Shown piece after piece: positions 19,195 to 27,289 of a stretch of DNA of 64,000 nucleotides. This DNA is from Trueperaceae bacterium (lineage in GTDB: Bacteria; Deinococcota; Deinococci; Deinococcales; Trueperaceae), in contig JAXHLW010000013.1 in NCBI GenBank assembly GCA_034521815.1, positions 1,760,001 through 1,824,000 on the forward strand. Direction: 5' to 3'. Every line of letters begins with the position of its first letter. The first letter of the stretch is position 1. The notes under the pieces were generated by a model, which ran no database searches, was not told where the DNA came from, and was given only the letters and a program-made list of their open reading frames with translations. The position numbers were made by a program, and so were the translations under genes.

Positions 19195-20578
19195 CCGGAT
19201 CGGGGTCGTCGGCGGTCGCGTCCGCGTTCGGAAGCGTGATGGTGAACGTGGTCGCTCCCGTCTCGGAGCGCGGCACGATCCGACCACCGTGCGCCTCGAC
19301 GAGCTGCTTCGCGATCGCGAGACCCAGGCCCGTGCCTCCGCCCGGGCCGGGCTGGAACGGCTCGAACAGCCTGGCGGCGACGTCGGGTGGAATGCCCGGC
19401 CCATCGTCGCGCACCTCGAGGTGGACGCTTCCCTCGCCGCTGCGCCAAGCGACGGTGACCGTACCTTCCGGGCCTGCAGCGCGCACCGCGTTCGCCACCA
19501 GGTTGCGGAGCGCCTGACGCAGCCGCTCGCGCTCGCCCAGCACCAACGCCTCGTCGCCCTCGACCACGCGCACGCCGTCGAACTCCGCGGCCACGGGACG
19601 GACGAGCTCCGGACCGACGTCGACGAGGCGAAGATCCAGCTCCCGCACCAGCCGCCCCCGCGACAGCTCGAGCAGGTCCTCGACCAGCCGCGCCATCGAC
19701 GCCGCGATGCGCTCGGCGTCGGCCAGGTCCTGCTCCGCCTCCGGCCCCGCCGTCCGACGCGACCGCGCCAAGAAGCCCCGCAACGAGGTCAGCGGCGTGC
19801 GCAGCTCGTGACTCGTCTCGGCCAGGAAGCGTCGCTGGGCGTCGCGTGCCTCGCGAAGGCGCACCAGCAGCGCGTCCAGGACCGCCGCCAGGCGACCCAC
19901 GTCGTCGTCGCGAACCGCCAGCCCCAGCGGCTCCAGGTCGTCGGGTCCCAGCCGAGAGGCCGAGGCCGCCAGGCGACGGATCGGCGTCGTCGCCGCCCGC
20001 GCCGCCAGCCACGCGACCGGCAGGGCCAACGCCAGCAGCGCCGCGCCCGCCAGCATCAAGGTGCCCGCCACGCCGCGGAGCGCCGCACCGATGTGCGACG
20101 CGTCGGCCAGCACCGCCACCGTCCCGTACCGGAACGGCGCGGTCGCGGCCTGCAGCGCTGCACCGTCCAGCTCGCCGCGCCAGTCCGCCGGCGCGCTTGC
20201 GACGATGGCGCTCGGAAGGGCGGCGGTCGGCGCCTCGAACGCCGGCTCGCTGGCGGCGAACAGCCTGCCGTCCGGTCCGTACAGCTGCACCTGCACCCGT
20301 CCCGTGGGGCCGGGCCGGGCCGAGGAGGTCCGGCCCGGCTCGGCCGCGTCGTACGCGGCGGCGACCTGTCGGACGTCGCGCCGCAGCGCTTCCTGGAGGT
20401 CGCTGCGCAAGGCGGTCCGGACGGCGACGAAGGCGCTGAGCGCGACGAGGATCATCAGCACCGCCGTGGCGCCGGCCACCCACGCCGCGACGCGAACCCG
20501 CAACGACGGCCCGGCGCGGTCGGTGCCGCGCCGGGCCGTGCGTCTCCTCGAGGTTCGCCGCCGAGCCGTGCGCCTCAC
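19166..20578 (-). CDS. membrane sensor histidine kinase (2 TM, HAMP, HisKA, HATPase)
   Basis: SHELRTPLTSL H-box, NLVANA, DDGPGI, LFEPF, GTGLGL; GTG start overlaps the RR stop. Confidence 0.92.
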   Translation of the reverse strand: MRRTARRRTSRRRTARRGTDRAGPSLRVRVAAWVAGATAVLMILVALSAFVAVRTALRSDLQEALRRDVRQVAAAYDAAEPGRTSSARPGPTGRVQVQLYGPDGRLFAASEPAFEAPTAALPSAIVASAPADWRGELDGAALQAATAPFRYGTVAVLADASHIGAALRGVAGTLMLAGAALLALALPVAWLAARAATTPIRRLAASASRLGPDDLEPLGLAVRDDDVGRLAAVLDALLVRLREARDAQRRFLAETSHELRTPLTSLRGFLARSRRTAGPEAEQDLADAERIAASMARLVEDLLELSRGRLVRELDLRLVDVGPELVRPVAAEFDGVRVVEGDEALVLGERERLRQALRNLVANAVRAAGPEGTVTVAWRSGEGSVHLEVRDDGPGIPPDVAARLFEPFQPGPGGGTGLGLAIAKQLVEAHGGRIVPRSETGATTFTITLPNADATADDPDPASAARSGPP

Positions 20579-21273
20579 CCCTGCGATTTCACGGCGTAGC
20601 CGACGCCGCGCACGGTGCGGATCAGGCCGGGAGCCCCTGCGTCCCGGAGCTTGCCGCGCAGGTGTCCGACGTGGACGTCGACGGAGTTGCTGGCCGGACC
20701 GCTCTGCTGGCCCCACACCCGCCGCTCGATCTCCTCGCGCGTGAACACCCGCCCCGGCTGCGCCACGAGCAGCGCCAGCAGGTCGAACTCCCGTGGGCTG
20801 AGCGCCACCTCGTGCTGGCCGTGGCGCACCTCGCGCGCCATCCGGTCCACGCTCAGCTCCCCCAGCCGCAACGTCGCCGCGTCGCTGCGGGGCCGCAGCT
20901 GCACGCGGATGCGCGCCACGAGCTCCTCGACGTGGAACGGCTTGACGAGGTAGTCGTCGGCGCCGTCCTCGAGAAGCTGCAGCTTCGATCCCAGCGCGTC
21001 GGTCGCCGTGAGCACGATGATCGGGACGGCGTCCGTCCGCCGGATCCTGCGGGCGATCTCGTCCCCCGGCAGGTCCGGGAGGCCCAGATCGAGCACGACC
21101 AGGTCCGGAACGCGCTCGCGCAGCGCGGTGAGGCCCGTCGCGCCTCGATCGTGATGCTCGACCTCGAACCCCGCCTCGCTCAGCTCCAGGCGGAGCAGCC
21201 GACCGATGTCGGGATCGTCCTCGATCACGAGCACGTGGGGTCGTACGCCGCTGGGCGGTCCCTCCGGGCTCAT
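20575..21273 (-). CDS. OmpR/PhoB-family response regulator
   Basis: VLVIEDD, VVLDLGLP, GADDYLVKPF, LSPREFDLL, IRTVRGVGY. Confidence 0.95.
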   Translation of the reverse strand: MSPEGPPSGVRPHVLVIEDDPDIGRLLRLELSEAGFEVEHHDRGATGLTALRERVPDLVVLDLGLPDLPGDEIARRIRRTDAVPIIVLTATDALGSKLQLLEDGADDYLVKPFHVEELVARIRVQLRPRSDAATLRLGELSVDRMAREVRHGQHEVALSPREFDLLALLVAQPGRVFTREEIERRVWGQQSGPASNSVDVHVGHLRGKLRDAGAPGLIRTVRGVGYAVKSQG

Positions 21274-21641
21274 CGCAGCGGATCGCCGGGCAGCCGCAGC
21301 GCGATCCCCTGCTCGGCCAGGATCGTCCCCAGCAGTCGGCCTGCGCCCGACGGGGTGGCGACGAGAATCCCGTCGGCGTGCACACGGGCCGGAATCGCCG
21401 CCGCGCCCGCGGCCACGGCGGCGCGATCGGCGTCGTCGACGTCGGGCTGGAAGACCAGCACGCGAACCTCCAGGCCGACGGGTAGCGCGTCGCCGGACAG
21501 GACCAGCATGCCGTCCTCGACGCGGCCGGTGGCGTGGATCTCGAGCAGGTCGGGCGACACGAGTCGCACCTCGGCGCCCGGCGCCAGGATCGGGAACGTG
21601 GCGGCCTGCGCCATCAGGAGCCAGGGCAACAGCCAATGCAC
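21270..21641 (-). CDS. small hypothetical, probably exported protein, first gene of the RR/HK operon
   Basis: GTG 21641 lies 6 nt after a TACGAT -10 box; hydrophobic N-terminus ending AQA; stop overlaps RR start (ATGA). Confidence 0.65.
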   Translation of the reverse strand: MHWLLPWLLMAQAATFPILAPGAEVRLVSPDLLEIHATGRVEDGMLVLSGDALPVGLEVRVLVFQPDVDDADRAAVAAGAAAIPARVHADGILVATPSGAGRLLGTILAEQGIALRLPGDPLR

Positions 21642-21843
21642 GTTCGAATCGTAGCAAGCGGGCAAGGGCGGCGCGCGCAGCGGCGATGAAGAGCCGTTCA
21701 CGTCGGCCACGGCCAGGCGCCCGACCGTAGTGAACCAATCGACGCCCGCGGGGCGGGCGCTCGTGCATGATGTGAGCAGCAATCTTCCCGCCGTGGCTCG
21801 CATGCCGCGCGGTCGCGCGGTCCGCGTATCGAGGAGTCGTCGT

Positions 21844-23481
21844 ATGCACGAGTACGTCCGTAGGCAGCCCAGGTGGTCGGTCCTTGCCGTCGTTCTGGCG
21901 GCGCTTCTCGCGTGGGCGCCCAGCGCGGGCGCGCAAGGATTCGACGCCGATCGCTACTTGGCGCAATGCCTCCGCTTCGAGGCGGGCGGCGACTACACCT
22001 CGGCGCGAGAGGCGTGCCGCAACGCGCTTCAGATCGACGAGGACCGAGCCGACATCCAGCTGGCGCTGGCCCGCATCGACGTCGAGCTCGGGGCGTTCGC
22101 CAGCGCCGAGTCGCGTCTGATGCGCCTGGTCCGCGACGACGGCGGTGCAGAGGCCTCGCTGCTGCTGGCTCGGATCGCGTTGGAGGAAGGCCGGCTGCTG
22201 GACGCCGAGGGGCACCTCGAGCAGGCCCGCGTCGACCTCGAGGGGGCGCCGGACCGCACGCTCGCGGCACGCTACGACTACCTGCACGGTCGCGTGCTCG
22301 AAGCCCGCGGCCAGGTCCGCGACGCGCTCGACGCCTACGGCGAGGCCGTGTCGAGCGACGGGCTCGAGGTCGAGTACCGCCTGGCCGACGCCCGCTTGCG
22401 CTTCCTGCTGGGCGACGCCGCCGGGGCTCGGGCTCAGCTCGAGGCGTACCAGGCGCTGTCGGGCGACAGTCGCGACCCGCGCGTGCGATCGCTTCTCGGT
22501 CGCGTCATGTGGGCGCAGGGCAACCTCGTCGAGGCCGGCGGCCAGCTCGAGACCGCCCTGGCGCTGTGGAGCAACCTGGACGTCGCCGAACAGGCGTCCG
22601 ACCTGCGGACCTTGGGGTTCGTCTACCTCGGCCGCGGCGAGCTGGGGCGGGGCACGTTGGCGCTGCGCGAGGCCGGACGGCGCGGCAACCAAAGCGACCT
22701 GTTGAACGGGAACGTGCTTCTGTGGCTGCTGCTGGCCCTCGCGCTGCTGGTCGTGCACCTGCTGGGCGAGAGCCGGATCGAGAGTCGAAGCACGCTCGAG
22801 GTGGTCGAGGGGCCGCAGCCGTGGACGGTCGGCGACGCGTACGGAATCGTGCTCCTCTCGGTCGCGGTGGCCGCCGTCACGGGGCTCACGATGGGCGTGC
22901 TGATGTACGACAACCTGCTGGCGGTCGTGACGCCGCACCAAGCGACCGAGACGCGGGCGGTGATGGCGGCGGTGTTCGCCCTCGTCGCGCTGCTTCTCAC
23001 GGGGCGCTCCGTCCGGCGGCACGGCTGGCAGACCGGCCCGCGGCTGTTGGGTCAGGTGGACACCTGGGCGGCCGGCGTCGGCGTCGGGCTGGGGCTTCTC
23101 GCGGTCACGCTGGCGTACCTCTCGCTCCGTCCCGACGCGGCGTCGTTCTCGGGCCTGTGGCTGAACGTGTCGCGCCTCAGCCCGGCGGTGTTGGCCGCCG
23201 TCGTGGTGCTGCCGCTGGCCGAGCTGACGTTCCGCCCGTACGCCTTCGACGCGCTCGAGTACCGCTACGACAGCAGCACCGCGCTGTTCCTCTCCGCCGC
23301 GCTGTCCACGCTGGTGCTGGCCACGCCGGTGCTGCTGCTGCTTCCGTTCGGTCTGCTGATGGCCGAGCTGTACCGCCGTACGCGCAGCGGAACGATGCTC
23401 CTGTCGGCGCAGCTGACGTTGCACGTGGGCCTGGTCGTCGCGGTGCTGGTCAGTCCATGGGCTCGCGCGCTGTTCCTCTGA
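21844..23481 (+). CDS. TPR-repeat protein with C-terminal degenerate CPBP/Abi (CAAX-protease-like) membrane domain
   Basis: Signal peptide, about 250 aa of TPR-like helical repeats, then about 8 TM segments with LAELTFR resembling CPBP motif 1; GAGGAG SD. Confidence 0.7.
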   Translation: MHEYVRRQPRWSVLAVVLAALLAWAPSAGAQGFDADRYLAQCLRFEAGGDYTSAREACRNALQIDEDRADIQLALARIDVELGAFASAESRLMRLVRDDGGAEASLLLARIALEEGRLLDAEGHLEQARVDLEGAPDRTLAARYDYLHGRVLEARGQVRDALDAYGEAVSSDGLEVEYRLADARLRFLLGDAAGARAQLEAYQALSGDSRDPRVRSLLGRVMWAQGNLVEAGGQLETALALWSNLDVAEQASDLRTLGFVYLGRGELGRGTLALREAGRRGNQSDLLNGNVLLWLLLALALLVVHLLGESRIESRSTLEVVEGPQPWTVGDAYGIVLLSVAVAAVTGLTMGVLMYDNLLAVVTPHQATETRAVMAAVFALVALLLTGRSVRRHGWQTGPRLLGQVDTWAAGVGVGLGLLAVTLAYLSLRPDAASFSGLWLNVSRLSPAVLAAVVVLPLAELTFRPYAFDALEYRYDSSTALFLSAALSTLVLATPVLLLLPFGLLMAELYRRTRSGTMLLSAQLTLHVGLVVAVLVSPWARALFL

Positions 23482-23495
23482 CGCTCTACCGGTCC

Positions 23496-23897
23496 GTGAA
23501 CGCCGCGTACACGCTCCTCGACGGGCCGCTGACGGCGCTGGTCCGCGACACGTCCGACACGCTGACGCCGCTGACGGCCTCCGAGCCGAGTCCTGGGCCG
23601 AGGTCTGGGCCGAGGTCTGGGCCGCCGGAGCGCGCACTGCTAGCGTTCTCGACGGAGGCCGCCGCCACCGCTCACCTGGACGCGCTGCCACGCGAGGTCG
23701 CGTCGTCGTACCGAGCGTGGACGGCGGACGCGGGTGACTGGCGCGCCAAAGAGGAGCTGTTGCGCGCGGGAGCCTCGCTGGGAGCGCAGCGACTGGACCT
23801 CGATCCGGACATGCGCTTGCAGCCCGCCGCACAGCTTCCCTTGGAGCGAGCCATCGCCTACGTCATCTCGTACAAGCGGAATCGCGCTTGCCTCTGA
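23496..23897 (+). CDS. hypothetical protein
   Basis: 3' part of ORF 21873-23897 reads as protein-like (ALLAFSTEAAA...WRAKEELLRAGA...RNRACL) and directly follows the TPR gene. Confidence 0.6.
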   Translation: MNAAYTLLDGPLTALVRDTSDTLTPLTASEPSPGPRSGPRSGPPERALLAFSTEAAATAHLDALPREVASSYRAWTADAGDWRAKEELLRAGASLGAQRLDLDPDMRLQPAAQLPLERAIAYVISYKRNRACL

Positions 23898-24029
23898 GCC
23901 CCTCCGACCTGCTACTGTGAAAGACGACGCCACCGCGCTGACGCTCCACTGACGCACGGTGGGCACGCTAGGTAAGGCGCTCCGGGGACGCCCCGGACGT
24001 CCAGGGCACGCATGCCCGAAGGAGGCTTC

Positions 24030-25331
24030 ATGAAACGGATTTTCGTCATTCTCGCCGCCGCTCTTCTGACCGTCGCCACGGCTCAGACGACGGTCGAATT
24101 CTGGTACGGGTTCAGCGACGCGGCCCGCTCCGGCTGGATCAACGACCGCATCGCCGAGTTCAACGTGCAGCTCGAAGCCGAGGGCCTCGACTACGAGGTG
24201 ACCGGCGAGCGCAAGGGCACGTACCGCGAGACGCTGCAGGCCGCCGTGCTGGCCGCCCGCCAGGGCAACCCGCCGCACCTGGTGCAGCTGTTCGAGGTGG
24301 GCAGCCAGCTGGCCACCGACTCGGGCATCTTCAAGCCGATCGCCGAGGTGGGCGGCCTGGACACCAGCGCCTACATCGAGCCGGTGATCAACTACTACAC
24401 GATCGACGGCACCGTGAACTCGATCCCGTTCAACAGCTCCAGCCCGATCCTGTACGCCAACCAGCAGCTGATGGACGAGGCCGGCCTCGACTCCGGGACG
24501 CTGCCGGGGACGTTCGGCGAGCTCCTGGACGCCTGCGAAGCGATCGAAAGCTCGAGCGTCGAAGCGAACTGCATCACCTTCCCGCTGCACTCCTGGATGT
24601 TCGAGCAGTGGGTCGCCGAGCAGGGCGCTCCGCTGGTGAACAACGGCAACGGCCGTGACGGCCGCGCCACCGAGGTCCTCCTGGACAGCGAAGCCTCGCT
24701 CCGCGTCGGTCAGTTCATGGCCGATCTCGCCGAGGGCGGCTACTACAGCTACACCGGCACGCTCGAGGACTGGAGCGGCTCCGAGGCGATCTTCGCCGGC
24801 CAGCAAGCGGTGTTCTTCATCACCTCGACCGCCGACGCCGGGAACATCACCCGCGCCGCGTCCGACAACGGCTTCGACGTCAAGACCGGTCTGCTCCCGA
24901 TCCCCGACGGGGTCGAGCGCAACGGCGTGGTCATCGGCGGCGCCAGCGTCTGGCTGACCGACGGACACCCCCAGGAAGAGCTCGAGGTCGCCCGCGACTT
25001 CGCGCTGTTCATGACCAACCCCGAGAACATGGTCAGCTGGCACAAGCTGACGGGCTACTACCCCGTGGTGAACGAGTCGGTCGAGCTTCTCGAGTCCGAA
25101 GGCTGGTTCGAAGAGAACCCCAACTTCGCCGTCGCGTTCGACCAGCTGCTCGACACCATCCCCAACCAGGCGACGGCCGGCGCGCTGCTCGGGACGTTCC
25201 TCGAGACCCGCACCATCATCGGCGAAGCGCTGCAGCGGATCTACAACGGCAGCGCCAGCGTCGAGGACGCCATGACGCAGGCCAAGGAAGAGGCCGACGC
25301 GCGCCTCGACGAGTACAACGCCAACTTCTGA
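24030..25331 (+). CDS. ugpB: ABC transporter substrate-binding protein, UgpB-like
   Basis: Signal peptide, KGTYRETL, PHLVQLFEVG, SIPFNSSSPILY, IGGASVW, WHKLTGYYP; GGAGG SD. Confidence 0.85.
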   Translation: MKRIFVILAAALLTVATAQTTVEFWYGFSDAARSGWINDRIAEFNVQLEAEGLDYEVTGERKGTYRETLQAAVLAARQGNPPHLVQLFEVGSQLATDSGIFKPIAEVGGLDTSAYIEPVINYYTIDGTVNSIPFNSSSPILYANQQLMDEAGLDSGTLPGTFGELLDACEAIESSSVEANCITFPLHSWMFEQWVAEQGAPLVNNGNGRDGRATEVLLDSEASLRVGQFMADLAEGGYYSYTGTLEDWSGSEAIFAGQQAVFFITSTADAGNITRAASDNGFDVKTGLLPIPDGVERNGVVIGGASVWLTDGHPQEELEVARDFALFMTNPENMVSWHKLTGYYPVVNESVELLESEGWFEENPNFAVAFDQLLDTIPNQATAGALLGTFLETRTIIGEALQRIYNGSASVEDAMTQAKEEADARLDEYNANF

Positions 25332-25379
25332 TCCCAACGCGTCGCGGCGACGTCGCGACGCACGCATGACCGCATGAAT

Positions 25380-25407
25380 GGAGGCGGGCCGACCACGGCC
25401 CGCCTCC
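25380..25407 (+). terminator. intercistronic hairpin after the ugpB-like gene
   Basis: 12-bp stem GGAGGCGGGCCG/CGGCCCGCCTCC, loop ACCA. Confidence 0.55.
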
Positions 25408-25432
25408 TCTCGTGACGGGGTAGGCTTTCGGC

Positions 25433-26362
25433 ATGAAGGACAATGCCGTGTTCACCAGCCGGGTGCTGCCGTGGTTGCTGCTCCTTCCGTCGTTCATCAT
25501 CCTGCTGGGGTTCATCTACTACCCGGCGATCCAGGCGTGGGTGCTGTCGCTGCACCGGTCGAACCTGTTCCTGGGCACGCGGCAGTTCATCGGCTTCGAC
25601 AACTTCCGGCTGATGTTCACCGGGCCGCTGGCGGACAAGTACATCCAGGTCGTCGTCCAGACGTTCGTGTACGGGGCGCTGGTGGTCCTCATCGGACTGT
25701 CGATCTCGATCGTGCTGGCCACGCTGGCCAGCAGCCCGATCCGCGGCGCGCGCGTCTACCGGCTGCTGCTGATCTGGCCGTTCGCGCTGTCGCCGGCCGT
25801 CGCCGGCACGATCTTCCTGTTCATGTTCAACCCCGACGTCGGCAGCGTGAACGAGGTTCTGAACGACCTGTTCGGGATCCGACCACGCTGGCTGGACACG
25901 CCGACGCTGGCGTTCTCGCTGGTGGTGATCGCGTCGGTCTGGAAGAACCTCGGCTACAACATCGTCTTCTACTTAGCAGCGCTTCAGAACGTGCCCAAGG
26001 AGCTGAACGAGGCCGCCGCGATCGACGGCGCCACGCCGATCCAGCGCTTCTTCCGGATCACCGTGCCGATGCTGTCGCCGATGACCTTCTTCCTGCTGTT
26101 CACGAACCTGACGTTCGCGTTCTTCGAGTCGTTCGGCCTGATCGACATCGTGACCAAGGGCGGTCCGGTGGGGCCATCGCCGGTCGACGCCGCCGGGATC
26201 ACCACCACGATGATCTACCAGGTGACGATCGACGGCTTCGGCGGCAGCGGCAACACCGGCCTCGCCGCGGCGCTGGGCAACATCATCTTGCTGTTCACCG
26301 CGATCATCACCGTCCTCCAGTTCCGCTACGGCAGCCGCCGCGTGCAGTACGGAGCGAACTGA
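25433..26362 (+). CDS. ugpA: carbohydrate/glycerol-3-phosphate ABC permease, UgpA-like
   Basis: LLIWPFALSPAVAG, WKNLGYN, EAAAIDGA EAA motif, TKGGP. Confidence 0.87.
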   Translation: MKDNAVFTSRVLPWLLLLPSFIILLGFIYYPAIQAWVLSLHRSNLFLGTRQFIGFDNFRLMFTGPLADKYIQVVVQTFVYGALVVLIGLSISIVLATLASSPIRGARVYRLLLIWPFALSPAVAGTIFLFMFNPDVGSVNEVLNDLFGIRPRWLDTPTLAFSLVVIASVWKNLGYNIVFYLAALQNVPKELNEAAAIDGATPIQRFFRITVPMLSPMTFFLLFTNLTFAFFESFGLIDIVTKGGPVGPSPVDAAGITTTMIYQVTIDGFGGSGNTGLAAALGNIILLFTAIITVLQFRYGSRRVQYGAN

Positions 26363-27255
26363 TGCTGCACCGCAGAGCCTGGATCCTGCACCTGATTCTG
26401 ATCATCGCCAGCCTGATCGTGGCGTTCCCGATCCTGTTCGCGCTGATCAAGGCCACCCAGATCCGCAGCCAGGTGCTCTCGCCCAGCCTGATCCCGGGCA
26501 CCGCGTTCTTCGACAACGTGCGGAGCGTGTTCCTGAACGCGAACCTGCTGGTGTTCATGCGGAACTCGCTGATCGTCGCGGCGGCGGTGACCGTCGGAAA
26601 GACCACGCTGTCGTTGATGGCCGGGATGGCGCTGGTGTTCTTCCGCTTCCCGTTCAAGCGGGTGATCTTCGGCCTGATCCTGCTGACCCTGATGATCCCG
26701 GTCGAGGTGCTGATCGTGCCGCTGTTCGACGTGATCAGCCTGCAGCCGCCGCAGACCTGGGCGGACTTCTCCGAATGGATCAGCAGACCCGACCGGATGA
26801 TCTTTCAGCCCGCCCAGTACGGCTACGGCTGGGCGAACACCTACTGGGCCCTGATCGTGCCGTTCCTGGCCTCGGCCACGGGCACGTTCCTGTTCCGCCA
26901 GCACTTCATGTCGATCCCCACCAGCCTGGCCGACGCCGCCCGCATCGACGGCGCCACGCCGTTCCAGTTCCTGCAGAAGGTGCTGGTGCCGATGAGCTGG
27001 AACACCATCGGCGCGCTGGCCGTGATCGAGTTCGTGTACGTCTGGAACCAGTACCTGTGGCCCAAGGTGATCATTCGCCGCGAGGAGCTGCAGGTGGTCC
27101 AGGTCGGGCTGAACCTGATCATCGGGACCGGCGAGGGGGTCGAGTGGGGCTACGTCATGGCGGGCGCCACGCTGAGCCTGGTGCCGCCGCTGCTGGTGTT
27201 CATGCTGCTGCAGGAGCAGTTCATGCGGGGCTTCGCGCTGTCCGAGTCGAAGTAG
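26362..27255 (+). CDS. ugpE: carbohydrate/glycerol-3-phosphate ABC permease, UgpE-like
   Basis: LASATGTFLFRQHFMSIP, DAARIDGA, WNQYLWP; TGATG coupling. Confidence 0.87.
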   Translation: MLHRRAWILHLILIIASLIVAFPILFALIKATQIRSQVLSPSLIPGTAFFDNVRSVFLNANLLVFMRNSLIVAAAVTVGKTTLSLMAGMALVFFRFPFKRVIFGLILLTLMIPVEVLIVPLFDVISLQPPQTWADFSEWISRPDRMIFQPAQYGYGWANTYWALIVPFLASATGTFLFRQHFMSIPTSLADAARIDGATPFQFLQKVLVPMSWNTIGALAVIEFVYVWNQYLWPKVIIRREELQVVQVGLNLIIGTGEGVEWGYVMAGATLSLVPPLLVFMLLQEQFMRGFALSESK

Positions 27256-27289
27256 GGCCGTCGCCGGCGCGCGGCTCCGGCCCGTGGCG

